Translations under genes and position numbers: made by a program
Virus record (IMG/VR): IMGVR_UViG_2609459792_000007
Reading direction: 5' to 3' (one strand)
Length of the DNA: 64,000 bases
DNA from: a virus
Lineage: Duplodnaviria > Heunggongvirae > Uroviricota > Caudoviricetes
In this document: positions 27,311 through 37,424 of the stretch, piece after piece
How the letters are laid out: each line of letters begins with the position of its first letter
Numbering within the stretch: position 1 is the first letter of the stretch
Notes under the pieces: generated by a model
Told to the model about the DNA's origin: nothing
Database searches by the model: none
The model's input: only the letters and a program-made list of their open reading frames with translations

Positions 27311-29419
27311 ATGTCTAAAAAACGTTCCATCAAAGAGGTTCAGGACTTCCGTGACAGTGTAAAACGAGTAGTCGCTCTCCTTTCAGGTAAAAACATCCCT
27401 GTTGCAGAACGAGGGGACGACGCTTATGTACGCTATAACGATGATGGAGAGCCAATTCTCGTAAACATCCCATCAATCCCGGATAACGCAACACCGGCAT
27501 TGATGAATGCTGTGCGCGGATTTCTCGATCATGAGGTTGCTCACATTTTGTTTACCGATATTCGTGTGTCCAACAAAATGAGAGAAAAAGGACGCGTTCC
27601 TTCCTGGTCGCTATGGAATGCCTTAGAAGACGTGTTCATCGAGCGAAAAATGGGTCAGGTCTTTAACGGAACAAGACGTAATCTGATGGCAACTCAGCGC
27701 CTTATAATCGAAAAAGTCTTTAAACCAAAGGCTTCAGAGGCTATTGCTTATTGTGGCAAAGATCAGCGCGCGCTTTTTCTAAACTTCTTTCTCTGTCCGG
27801 TTGTAAGAGCCTGGGATGGCCAAGCACCGTTCGTAGATTTCATGGATGAATATTGGCCTGTCATTGAGAAACCAATTTCATTATTAAAAGAACATGGTAT
27901 CGATGTGGCCGTGCGTAACATGTCTTGCACCGAGGATTGTGTAAAGGTGGCTGCGACCATAGCTAAGATCCTCAAAGACACTGAAAGTGAAAGCAAAGGT
28001 AAGGAGTCAGCTCCGGGAAAAACTTCCGATCCTTCAGACGCTGACCAGACGGATGCCTCTGGAGAAAACAATGAAGACAACGAAGATCATGAGACACCCT
28101 CATCGTTAGATAATCACAAATCTATTAAATCAGAGTCACATAGTAAGCACAAACATGATAATAACGACAGTGATGATTCAGATAATCCTGAATCATCAGA
28201 AACAATATTCGATGATACAGAAAATGATAAAGCGGTATCAGATTCTGATGCTTCTGATAACGCGGCGTCAGAATCATTAACCGCTGACCACGAAAAAAGA
28301 AAAACGACAGAAGACGGCTCTTCAGACATTCCAACTCCGTCAAAAATGAGTCTGGAAGAGGCTTTAGAGGAGTTGGATAGCATGGAAGATGAAGTCGGAG
28401 GCATGACAGAAGATGCGCTATCCGAAACGATTAAAAGCGAGTTAACAGAAAGCTCGAAAAGCGAATACAGGCCATACAATCGCTCATACGACTTCATCGG
28501 CTCGATTGATCAGGCAGAAGCCCATATCAAACGGCTTATTAAAACATTCTCCGATATTGATTTAGGTGGATATCCAATCAGCCGTTATCGCATCGTTCCT
28601 GAAGGCAACCAACTCTTCGACAAATATATTGAAAAGCACCTTTCGTCAGGTGTTTCGTCGACGCTGGCAAAAGACCTGGAACGTGCAATAGCAAGCAGAA
28701 ACAGAGTTCAGTTTATACCTGGCCAGCGTCGGGGGCGCATTCATGGTTCAAGTATCTACAGATTAACAATGAATGATGATCGCGTGTTTCGTAAAAAAGA
28801 AGAATCTAAAGCCGTTAACGCCTGTGTTCAACAAGTGATTGATTTATCGGGTTCAATGAGTGGCGAAACGATAAAACTAGCTCTTGCAAGTGCATATACC
28901 ATCGCCGATGCACTTGATCGAATAAATGTTCCCAACATTATCACCGGCTTCACTACATTTGGCAGTCATATGGCAGCAGGAGAACTTAAGGCTATCAAAT
29001 ATGAGTTCTCTCGCTTTGAATCTTTAATGCTACCTATCATCAAAAATTGGAATGAAAAAGCAAATTCTCGCGAAGTTCGCTCACGTATGGGGTGCGTAGG
29101 CTACACATTCCCACTTCTTAATAACGTGGATGGTGAAAGCATAGCCAGCCTTGCATCGTTATTTTCCGGTCGCTTGGAGGACAGGAAGATCATGCTTGTT
29201 CTGAGCGATGGCGCGCCGTGGGCTGTTGGGAGAGGTTTTGACGCCCATTTGCGTTCGGTTACGAAGCAAATTGAAACGCAGACTGACATTGATTTGATGG
29301 CAATTGGCATCATGACTGATGCACCGGAGAGATTTTACGCAAATCATGCCCTGGTAACTAGTGTTGATAGTCTTGGTTCATCTGTAGTTACTGAACTATC
29401 TCGTATCATTTTGAAGTAA
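27311..29419 (+). CDS. CobT-like protein with C-terminal von Willebrand factor A domain
   Basis: 702 aa; long acidic Asp/Ser/Glu-rich linker; vWA MIDAS-like motif VIDLSGSMSG near the C-terminus. Confidence 0.65.
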   Translation: MSKKRSIKEVQDFRDSVKRVVALLSGKNIPVAERGDDAYVRYNDDGEPILVNIPSIPDNATPALMNAVRGFLDHEVAHILFTDIRVSNKMREKGRVPSWSLWNALEDVFIERKMGQVFNGTRRNLMATQRLIIEKVFKPKASEAIAYCGKDQRALFLNFFLCPVVRAWDGQAPFVDFMDEYWPVIEKPISLLKEHGIDVAVRNMSCTEDCVKVAATIAKILKDTESESKGKESAPGKTSDPSDADQTDASGENNEDNEDHETPSSLDNHKSIKSESHSKHKHDNNDSDDSDNPESSETIFDDTENDKAVSDSDASDNAASESLTADHEKRKTTEDGSSDIPTPSKMSLEEALEELDSMEDEVGGMTEDALSETIKSELTESSKSEYRPYNRSYDFIGSIDQAEAHIKRLIKTFSDIDLGGYPISRYRIVPEGNQLFDKYIEKHLSSGVSSTLAKDLERAIASRNRVQFIPGQRRGRIHGSSIYRLTMNDDRVFRKKEESKAVNACVQQVIDLSGSMSGETIKLALASAYTIADALDRINVPNIITGFTTFGSHMAAGELKAIKYEFSRFESLMLPIIKNWNEKANSREVRSRMGCVGYTFPLLNNVDGESIASLASLFSGRLEDRKIMLVLSDGAPWAVGRGFDAHLRSVTKQIETQTDIDLMAIGIMTDAPERFYANHALVTSVDSLGSSVVTELSRIILK

Positions 29420-29514
29420 TTAAAACAGCCTTAATGATAAGTAACTACTTACCATAGTTAATGGTATATTTATATAAGAACTTGAACGCTCATTAGAGAA
29501 CAAAGGAAAAGCGC

Positions 29515-30750
29515 ATGACTACTACTGCACTGCAAAATGATAAAAATCCTTCTGATTACCTTGTTTGCAAGTGGTGCGGCAAATCATTTCACTATTTTAA
29601 GTCCCATGTAGCCAATGGTAATTGCGAGGGCATTCCTGAGTCAGTAAAAGATGCCGATCCTGACACCGTACTGAAAATGTACACAACGCAGTTTCCAGAT
29701 GAACCAACGCTATCGAAAAAGGCACTTGATGCAATTCAAGCTAAACGTGCCGAGCAAAAAAGCGAAATGGCGAAATCTTCTGGCTTGACCAGTAGCCCAG
29801 GCTACACAGGCACAGTTGAGTACAAGACAGATCTGGTCGCAGCTCACGAACTGCTAAACGTAACGGTGGAAGAACTCGGAACAAAACGTGGGACGCCGCT
29901 CATGGTTAGCGTCAACGTCAATACGCCGTATCCAGAGTTCGTTCCAGAAGTGAAGAAGGGCTACGTATATGGCGACTTCGAACTTATCAAAGATATTTTC
30001 ATGATGCTTGAACTTGGCATACCTGGCTATTTGTGGGGTCATGCAGGAACAGGCAAATCGTCATTGCCTACACAGCTATGTGCTTTGCTCAATCGTCCGT
30101 TGATCCGTGCCCAACATACAGCATCAATGGAAGAGGCACATGTTACGGGGCAAATTCTGGCGCGTGATGGCTCTACGTATTTCGAGCCTGGCTTGCTTGC
30201 GCTCGCAATGAAGCATGGCTGGGTTTACCTCGCGGATGAATACGACTTTGCGTTTCCACAAATTCTTGGCGTGTATCAGCCAGTGCTGGAAGGTGAGGCG
30301 TTGGTCATCAAAGAGGCAACTCCAGAATGGCGTCGCATTACTCCGCATGAACGGTTTGCTTTCATTGGCACTGGCAACACAAACGGTTCTGGTGATGAAA
30401 CCGGCTTGTACCAGGGTACAAACATCCAGAACGCCGCGAACTTTTCACGTTTTGGCATCGTTTCGAATGTGAAATACATGAGCAAAGAGGCAGAGATCAA
30501 CATGTTGATAAATGCCGGTATCGTGGATGAATACGCAGAAAAGATGGTTAAGTTTGCCGGTATCGTTCGCGATGGATACGAAGAACACCTTATCAGTCAG
30601 CCAATTGGCCCTCGTGAACTTTTGTTGTCGGCCAAGATTGGAATGATGCGAGGCGACTTTGTGACAGGTATTGAGCGTTCTTTCATTAACAAACTCCCTT
30701 CAGCTTCTGCACAAGCGGCTCGTGAAGTTGTTCAAAAAATATTTGGTTAA
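29515..30750 (+). CDS. CobS/MoxR-like AAA+ ATPase
   Basis: 411 aa; Walker A GHAGTGKSS, Walker B VYLADEYD; N-terminal Cys/His cluster (CKWCGKSFHYFKSH..C); immediately downstream of the vWA partner. Confidence 0.7.
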   Translation: MTTTALQNDKNPSDYLVCKWCGKSFHYFKSHVANGNCEGIPESVKDADPDTVLKMYTTQFPDEPTLSKKALDAIQAKRAEQKSEMAKSSGLTSSPGYTGTVEYKTDLVAAHELLNVTVEELGTKRGTPLMVSVNVNTPYPEFVPEVKKGYVYGDFELIKDIFMMLELGIPGYLWGHAGTGKSSLPTQLCALLNRPLIRAQHTASMEEAHVTGQILARDGSTYFEPGLLALAMKHGWVYLADEYDFAFPQILGVYQPVLEGEALVIKEATPEWRRITPHERFAFIGTGNTNGSGDETGLYQGTNIQNAANFSRFGIVSNVKYMSKEAEINMLINAGIVDEYAEKMVKFAGIVRDGYEEHLISQPIGPRELLLSAKIGMMRGDFVTGIERSFINKLPSASAQAAREVVQKIFG

Positions 30751-30802
30751 TCGTGCGTAAAGGATGTTTCGGCTCTCTTATCGCTGCTTCTGAAACTGGT
30801 AA

Positions 30803-30829
30803 GGCTTGTCTGGTGTGTCCAGACAAGCC
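30803..30829. promoter_or_regulatory. perfect hairpin in the cobS-dnaE intergenic region
   Basis: GGCTTGTCTGG-TGTGT-CCAGACAAGCC (11-bp stem); no U-tract. Confidence 0.4.
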
Positions 30830-30929
30830 CGATTGTCACCAATCAGCAAAAGAAGTTGCGATTTCGATGCATGGGAAGTTCGTAGGCTTCCCCAATGACA
30901 AAATCAAAAAACCAGAAAGGTAAAAACAC

Positions 30930-33900
30930 ATGAAGGCACTGATGGTTCGAACTGACTTCTCACTTGGGGAGTCGGCTCTAAAAGCAGAAAACGCGGTGAA
31001 GATTGCCAGAGAAGCTGGCTACACCGCTGTAATTTCAGCAGATAGCATGAATATTGCGAGCGTTATTCCACTACAACGTGCCGCTGGTGACGACATGGCG
31101 GTTATTTGTGGTGTGAAACTAAACATTGTTGATGATCCCACATACGAGCACCGGGCTAAACTTGCTAAAGAATCTATGAGATGTATGGAATCATTAGAGC
31201 GGGGACGTAACTACTCGTTTACCGCTCTAATTAAAAATGAGCAAGGATATCGCGACATCTGCGAACTAATGACGGCGGCCAACACACGAGAACAGTTCTA
31301 CTTTGTACCGCGTCTCTCGCTCGAACAGTTGGTTTCTACATATGCCAAAGGCAACATCATCCTGCTTACTTCCGACATCGGTAGCGTGTTCCAACGCAAC
31401 GATTTTGCAAAAATCATAAGCACACTGATTACAGCGGGTGGAAAAGACAACTTCTATAGTGTGGTTTATCCGCACCCTACCCCATTCTACGACCAGATTA
31501 ACGTCCGGGCGATGAAAGTCGCCAGCGCATTGAAAATAGAGCCAGTGGCGTTCTATCCCGCTTATTACGAATCGATCGACGATGCAGACATTAAAGACAT
31601 TGCGCACATGGTTACGAACAACATAAAAATCGACCAGCCGCATCGTCTGCGTATCCCCCACCAGCGAGATAACGCCGTCAATGGTCGCCGCCATCTCCTT
31701 GAGGCGCTTAAAGCCTTCTCCGTTCGCATGGATGTGCCGGTAACAGCTGCAATGGCCTCAACAACGCAGGACTCCATTATCGAAGCCTGTACATGGCGCT
31801 GGCATGAATTGCCACCAGCACTGCCCAAGATGGCAGACGACGAGCCTGCAACGCTGATGAAACTGGCTGTTGCAGGGCTGCGCAAACGTCTTACCACAAA
31901 AGAGTTTGGCTACACACCACCGGCTTCTGAGAACAGGGTTTATGTTGAGCGACTTAAGTACGAAATGGACACGCTTACTCGCCTGGGATTTTGTGGTTAC
32001 TTCCTGATGGTACGCGATCTGATGAATCACAGCCGTGAAACTGGCATTCCTGTCGGGCCTGGTCGTGGTTCCTCTGCCGGTTCTCTGGTGGCGTGGTGCA
32101 TAGGCATAACCAACGTCGACCCAATCCGTCACGGTCTTCTGTTTGAGCGTTTCATCAACCCTGAGCGTCTCGACTTGCCGGATGCGGACTTGGACTTCAG
32201 CCAGGCACGTCGCCATGAGGTGATCGAGTATCTGAATGAACGCTACGGCGAAGATTACGTTGCAGGCATTCCGAACTTCACCTACCTGGGCGCAGCCTCT
32301 GCACTACGTGATACCGCTCGTATTTATGGTGTGGAGTCCGCAGATATGGCGGTATCAAAAGAACTGAAGAACGCTGAGGATGATAGCCTTCCATTGGAAG
32401 AACTGCGCGAACAACTGGCAAGTCTCGACAAATACGCAACAAAATATCCTGATGCATTCAATGCAGCCTGCAAGTTACAAAGCCTTATGCGTGGCTTTGG
32501 TAGACATGCGGCAGGGATGATCGTAGCAGGTGTTCCTCTGACAGAACGTACACCGGTTGAGCGCCGTGGTGACGCGCGTTGTATCGCATTTGACAAGCGT
32601 TACTGCGAGGCTATGGGCCTAATTAAGCTGGACGTGCTTGGCCTGGCAACTCTCGATTTGCTCGATAGTGCAAAACGCTACATAAAAGAGAACACAGGTG
32701 AAGATATCAATCTTGATGCCATTTCTCTTGAAGATCGCAAGGTGCTGGATGGTTTTGCTGCTGGGTACACTCAAGGTGTTTTCCAGCTTGAATCAGGCCC
32801 AATGCGCAAGCTGCTTAAAGATTTAGGTGGTGGAATTGAGCCAATGAGCTTTAAAACGGTCGTCGCTACAACTGCGCTCTTCCGGCCGGGGCCAATTCAA
32901 TCAGGCATGTTGGATGACTATGTTTCTGTCGCCAAAGGCTTTATGACGCCGGAATCATTACACCCCGTTCTTGATGAACTTACCGCGGAAACAAATGGCG
33001 TGATTCTCTATCAGGAACAGACGATGAACGCGACTCGATTGCTTGCCGGCTTCACAATGGCTGAAGCTGACGCTGTGCGTTCCGCAATCGGTAAGAAGAA
33101 CATGGAAAAAATGAAGAGCATGGGCGAGAAGTTCATCGTTCAGGCTCAAGCTGGCTGGATAGACGTTGAGCTGGAAGATGGCACTACACAGCGCATTCAC
33201 CGTGCGGAACATTTTAAATGCGAAGACGGAACTCTGAAAACTGTCGAAGAGGCACTTGAGCACGGCGCAAAACTACCTATAAACGCAGTACGCGTTACAG
33301 CGTCACATCCAGGGCTATCAGAGATGAAAGCGAAGGAGATCTGGACCGCATTCGAAAAGAATGGTGCCTACCAGTTCAACAAATCACACTCTGTTGCTTA
33401 CTCCTTAATCAGCTATCAATCTATGTGGTTGAAAACTCATTATCCCGCAGAGTTTTTCGCTGCTGCTCTCACTATTCTTGGCGAAGATAAACACCAGGGG
33501 CTGGTTAAAGATGCGCTGACCTATGGTATTCGCGTATTGCCACCAGACGTTAACGTGTCATCTAACCGAATTGAGATCCGCACGCTTGAAGATGGCAGCC
33601 AGGTGCTGTATGCGCCCTTCTCTGCTGTGAAGGGGTGTTCTGAGAATGGCTGCCAGGCCATCATGAGAGCGCGAGAAAAGGTTGGTGGCAAATTCGAGTC
33701 ACTTGCGCAATTCGAAGAAGCTGTCGAGAAACGTGCCTGTAATAGTCGAGTGCGCGAATCGCTGCAAAAAGTAGGGGCGTTTGCATCCATCGAGCCAGGT
33801 AGTCTGCCAGCAACTGATCCAGAGCGCCTCCGCGACCAGGCAGAATTGATGGGAAACCTTGTCATAGACGCAGTTAAAGCCTCACGTCCGTTTGAGATGA

Positions 33901-34448
33901 ACCCCAAACGATCGGCTGAAATTAACGCACTCATGACACGGATGGCGGCTGAAATGGGCTTAGGTGATGAACTAATCCGCCCCAGCATTGGTATTAAGCC
34001 GAAAATCATGATCATTCTGGACAATGCAAACGGCAATGATGCTCGAACCGGTTACTTCATGGAGAACGGATACGACGATTTTAAGGCCAAGCTGTTGACG
34101 GCTGGAGATTTGCGCATGGGCGATCTCTATGTCACAGGCGTTTGCAAAAAGGTGAAAGACAAAGAAAAGGACTACACCAAAGACGAGATCGGCCAGTTCA
34201 CCGACTTTATGCGTGAAGAGATCAATCTGGTACGTCCGACCTATGTGCTGACGTGTGGCAGTCGGGCAACGGCATTGTTTAACAACAAAAACAAGCCATC
34301 CGATTTAGTCGGTAGGAAGGAGTATCTTCCAGACCTTGACGTTACAGTCTTTTACGGGTTTAACCCCAACATTCTTTACTTCAGACCTGAAGAGGGAGAA
34401 CGACTAGAAGCGATATTAGCCGACGTAGCAGAAACTATTAAGTCGTGA
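30930..34448 (+). CDS. dnaE: DNA polymerase III alpha-like (DnaE-type, N-terminal PHP domain)
   Basis: 1172 aa; polymerase core segment GFCGYFLMVRDLMNHSRETGIPVGPGRGSSAGSLVAWCIGITNVDPI and downstream DnaE-like blocks. Confidence 0.8.
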   Translation: MKALMVRTDFSLGESALKAENAVKIAREAGYTAVISADSMNIASVIPLQRAAGDDMAVICGVKLNIVDDPTYEHRAKLAKESMRCMESLERGRNYSFTALIKNEQGYRDICELMTAANTREQFYFVPRLSLEQLVSTYAKGNIILLTSDIGSVFQRNDFAKIISTLITAGGKDNFYSVVYPHPTPFYDQINVRAMKVASALKIEPVAFYPAYYESIDDADIKDIAHMVTNNIKIDQPHRLRIPHQRDNAVNGRRHLLEALKAFSVRMDVPVTAAMASTTQDSIIEACTWRWHELPPALPKMADDEPATLMKLAVAGLRKRLTTKEFGYTPPASENRVYVERLKYEMDTLTRLGFCGYFLMVRDLMNHSRETGIPVGPGRGSSAGSLVAWCIGITNVDPIRHGLLFERFINPERLDLPDADLDFSQARRHEVIEYLNERYGEDYVAGIPNFTYLGAASALRDTARIYGVESADMAVSKELKNAEDDSLPLEELREQLASLDKYATKYPDAFNAACKLQSLMRGFGRHAAGMIVAGVPLTERTPVERRGDARCIAFDKRYCEAMGLIKLDVLGLATLDLLDSAKRYIKENTGEDINLDAISLEDRKVLDGFAAGYTQGVFQLESGPMRKLLKDLGGGIEPMSFKTVVATTALFRPGPIQSGMLDDYVSVAKGFMTPESLHPVLDELTAETNGVILYQEQTMNATRLLAGFTMAEADAVRSAIGKKNMEKMKSMGEKFIVQAQAGWIDVELEDGTTQRIHRAEHFKCEDGTLKTVEEALEHGAKLPINAVRVTASHPGLSEMKAKEIWTAFEKNGAYQFNKSHSVAYSLISYQSMWLKTHYPAEFFAAALTILGEDKHQGLVKDALTYGIRVLPPDVNVSSNRIEIRTLEDGSQVLYAPFSAVKGCSENGCQAIMRAREKVGGKFESLAQFEEAVEKRACNSRVRESLQKVGAFASIEPGSLPATDPERLRDQAELMGNLVIDAVKASRPFEMNPKRSAEINALMTRMAAEMGLGDELIRPSIGIKPKIMIILDNANGNDARTGYFMENGYDDFKAKLLTAGDLRMGDLYVTGVCKKVKDKEKDYTKDEIGQFTDFMREEINLVRPTYVLTCGSRATALFNNKNKPSDLVGRKEYLPDLDVTVFYGFNPNILYFRPEEGERLEAILADVAETIKS

Positions 34449-34456
34449 TCCAATAA

Positions 34457-34484
34457 ACATGGCCTCTATGGCCATGTTTTCTCT
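34457..34484 (+). terminator. rho-independent terminator
   Basis: ACATGGCC-TCTAT-GGCCATGT followed by TTTCTCTT. Confidence 0.65.
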
Positions 34485-34573
34485 TATCCCCTCATATCCC
34501 CTATCCTCGAACTCCTTGCCTTATCATCACAATGATATAATCAATATAAGATGATAAGTAAAAAGGAAAGCAC

Positions 34574-35005
34574 ATGATCACCGATATTTACGAGAAAATA
34601 ATGTCTGATCTCGAGTTTGACCGAGACAATCTGGAGGAAGTCTGGCGTAGACAACCCCGCCTTTTAATGGAGTATGGCTCAAAACTCGCTCATGCAGAAA
34701 GAAGTGTCGCAGAGGCAAAACTTAACCTTGAAGCTGTTGAAGCAAAGCTATACGACACAGAGCGTAAGAACTTGAGTATGAACGGCATTAAGTTCAACGA
34801 GTCTGTACTGGACGCTAAGGTTAAAACGAACCCACAGTATCTATCTAAACGGCAGAAGTTGGATGAAGCACGGCACATCGCAGACATATACAAACATGCT
34901 GTCGCCGCCTTCACGCATCGCCGAGACATGATCGTTCAGGCGTCGAAGATGGCCATCGTTGAATTAGAGCGATTAGGCTCTGAACGCTTTATTACTCCCC
35001 GTTGA
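34574..35005 (+). CDS. hypothetical protein, possibly UvsY-like recombination mediator
   Basis: 143 aa, helical; weak resemblance to T4 UvsY as recalled (shared KV.T..QY segment and similar spacing); sits beside gp32-like SSB and RecA-like genes. Confidence 0.35.
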   Translation: MITDIYEKIMSDLEFDRDNLEEVWRRQPRLLMEYGSKLAHAERSVAEAKLNLEAVEAKLYDTERKNLSMNGIKFNESVLDAKVKTNPQYLSKRQKLDEARHIADIYKHAVAAFTHRRDMIVQASKMAIVELERLGSERFITPR

Positions 35006-35122
35006 TTTTTGATAGATAATAAGTAAGTACTGATCTATCATTTAACAGCTCGAAAGAGCCACGAATGAACGAAAGCCCAACGCGCATAGCGCCATCGGCC
35101 AAATCACAACAAGGAGAAACAC

Positions 35123-36151
35123 ATGTCTAAGACATTACTTGATTTGCTTAACAAAACTCGTGAAGACATTGCTGCCAAACGTGGTAACAACGTTGATCTG
35201 ACTCGCTTAAAAGACGGCGTCAACTATATCCGCATCTTCCCGAATAAAGACGACCCAAACGGTAAGTTCTTCCAGACTTTCGGTATGCACTACGTTAAGT
35301 ATCAGAACGAGGAAGGTAAAGAAGCAACCAACGCTTATATTTGTGAGCAACATACTCACGGTCGCGCTTGTCAGCTATGCGAAATGGTTATGGAAGGTCG
35401 CGCTCGTCACAAGGGTAACAAAGCAATGGAAGAACGCATCGGTCAAATGCGTGCCACTCCTCGCTACCTGGTCAACGGCATTCTTTCTGCTCGTGAGGAT
35501 TTCGCAGATGCTGAGAAATGCCAGTTAATCGAGCTACCGTCTACTGTATTCGATGATATCTGCAAAGCAATCACCGAAGACATCGCTGATGATATCGGTA
35601 ATCCACTGAGCAAAGAGGAAGGCTACGCATTCCTGATTAAACGTACTGGCTCTGGTCGCGATACCAAATATGACGTCTCGCCTAAGCGTAAAGTCTACAA
35701 AGGCGATATCGAAGATAAATTCTGGAACACCCAGCATGATCTGATCGCATACGCAAATCAGGCTGATGAAACTCGTCTTCTGTCGACAGTTCGCACTATG
35801 GGTCGTCTGATTGGCATCGCTGCACCAACTGCCGCAGCATCTGCACCAGCAATTTCCTCAACCGCGAAAACATCGGCTGCGGCACTACCTGGATTTGGCT
35901 CTGTCACTGGTCATACGGAGGGTGCGACTGCTGTAGCAACCGCTCACACCCCAGCTTCTGAACCAACCAGTCTGGTTGATGAAGAAATCCTCCGTGCCGT
36001 TGAAACTGAATTTAAACCAGAAGCAAGTTCCGCTGCCGTTGCCGTATCAGTCAAAGAGTCTGAAGCAGTCGCAGCGACATCTGTAGCAACCGCATCTGCG
36101 ACGGAAGATGAAGGTCTGGATGACCTACTGAGAGAGCTGGACTCTCTGTAA
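35123..36151 (+). CDS. single-stranded DNA-binding protein, T4 gp32-like
   Basis: 342 aa; Cys-X3-His-X5-Cys-X2-Cys zinc motif (CEQHTHGRACQLC); IRIFPNKDDPNGKFF parallels gp32 IRFLPSKNDEQAPFA as recalled; acidic C-terminal tail. Confidence 0.7.
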   Translation: MSKTLLDLLNKTREDIAAKRGNNVDLTRLKDGVNYIRIFPNKDDPNGKFFQTFGMHYVKYQNEEGKEATNAYICEQHTHGRACQLCEMVMEGRARHKGNKAMEERIGQMRATPRYLVNGILSAREDFADAEKCQLIELPSTVFDDICKAITEDIADDIGNPLSKEEGYAFLIKRTGSGRDTKYDVSPKRKVYKGDIEDKFWNTQHDLIAYANQADETRLLSTVRTMGRLIGIAAPTAAASAPAISSTAKTSAAALPGFGSVTGHTEGATAVATAHTPASEPTSLVDEEILRAVETEFKPEASSAAVAVSVKESEAVAATSVATASATEDEGLDDLLRELDSL

Positions 36152-36211
36152 TCCCATTACGTGACCAGTAAGGCGTCTACGGACGCCTTACTTTTTGGAA
36201 GGAATGTACCG

Positions 36212-37156
36212 GTGATTTATCTCTTCGTAGATGGCAATAGCCTGGGTTATTACCACCAACAATCTGACAAATTGCACAACGGCGAAATGGAAGTACAGGC
36301 TGCTTTCGGCTTTGTTAAGAACGTCCGTCGTTATGCCTCCATCCTCCATGCCCGACCTATGATTCTTTGGGATGGATTTAGTGACAAGCGTCGCGACTTT
36401 TACCCGGACTACAAAGCAAATCGCGACGACGATCCTGATATGAAAAAGATGAAGGAAGGCTTTGCTGTCCAGAAGCCATACATCCTCAAAATGATGACCG
36501 CGCTTGGTGTTAACCAAATCATTGCAAAAGATGCAGAAGCGGATGATCTGGCCGGGCTGCTGGTATCCCGCATGGCACCGCAGCCAACCGTTGAACACAT
36601 CTATCTGTTAACAGGCGATAGCGACTGGCTTCAGTTAGTTCGTGAAAACGTAAGCTGGGTAAGCCTGCGTGAAGACGCCAAAAACAAGCAGGTTAATTTT
36701 GAGCAATTTGCGGAGCTGACAGGATTCGCCACGCCTCGCGCATTTTTGGAAGCAAAAGCATTACAAGGCGATAACTCGGACAACATTAGCGGTGTTGGAG
36801 GCATTGGTGCTGGCGGTGCGAAAGAGCTGCTGCATGAATGGGGAAGTGTCGCAACGATGGTACGCGGCATCAACGACGGCTCAATCGTGGTTAATAAAGG
36901 GCGTCATAAGACCGCCTTCAACAAACTAGCGAAGAATGCCTTCAACGAGAAAACAGGCTGTCGAATGCTCGAAGCGTTCAAGAGAAACATCACGCTAATG
37001 AACCTGATTGAGACGAAGTTTCCGCCTACCGAAATCGAAACAATCAAAGGCAATCGTGACGTGAAAGCATTCGAGCAACTGTGCTACGAGCTGAATTTCC
37101 GTTCGTTCCTTGAAGACCTTGAAGTGTTTGTTCTTCCATTCGAAAGGTATTGCTAA
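36212..37156 (+). CDS. 5'-3' exonuclease / flap endonuclease
   Basis: PIN-like N-terminus VIYLFVDGNSLG and H3TH motif LQGDNSDNISGVGGIG. Start placed at GTG 36212 (RBS GGAAGGA) because the ORF-track start 36161 overlaps the upstream terminator hairpin. Confidence 0.75.
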   Translation: MIYLFVDGNSLGYYHQQSDKLHNGEMEVQAAFGFVKNVRRYASILHARPMILWDGFSDKRRDFYPDYKANRDDDPDMKKMKEGFAVQKPYILKMMTALGVNQIIAKDAEADDLAGLLVSRMAPQPTVEHIYLLTGDSDWLQLVRENVSWVSLREDAKNKQVNFEQFAELTGFATPRAFLEAKALQGDNSDNISGVGGIGAGGAKELLHEWGSVATMVRGINDGSIVVNKGRHKTAFNKLAKNAFNEKTGCRMLEAFKRNITLMNLIETKFPPTEIETIKGNRDVKAFEQLCYELNFRSFLEDLEVFVLPFERYC

Positions 37157-37422
37157 TGCTTAAATCGATTATTAATGGCGCTACAACCACCCCTACCCAA
37201 CTGGCAAAAGAGATTGTCTTTTATCACGGTGAGTACGCTGTCATCGCACTGCCGTCAATTCTAGGCGCTGCCGGAATGAAAGCGACAGATCGCGAGTTTG
37301 GATTAGTCAGCGAGCAGGTCGTAAAAATCCTCGCTCGTGTATCCAGACTCCTTAACCACGATGCGATTGTATTCGACGAATCCGCCGCTTTAAAACGAAT
37401 CAACGAAACAAAAGGAGCCTGA
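37150..37422 (+). CDS. hypothetical protein
   Basis: 90-aa ORF; no motif recognised. Confidence 0.4.
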   Translation: MLMLKSIINGATTTPTQLAKEIVFYHGEYAVIALPSILGAAGMKATDREFGLVSEQVVKILARVSRLLNHDAIVFDESAALKRINETKGA

Positions 37423-37424
37423 TC

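Noticed and set aside
36161-36211. ORF-track start of the flap endonuclease at 36161
   Set aside because: The first 17 codons overlap the terminator hairpin of the upstream gene; GTG at 36212 with a GGAAGGA RBS gives the expected PIN-domain N-terminus.
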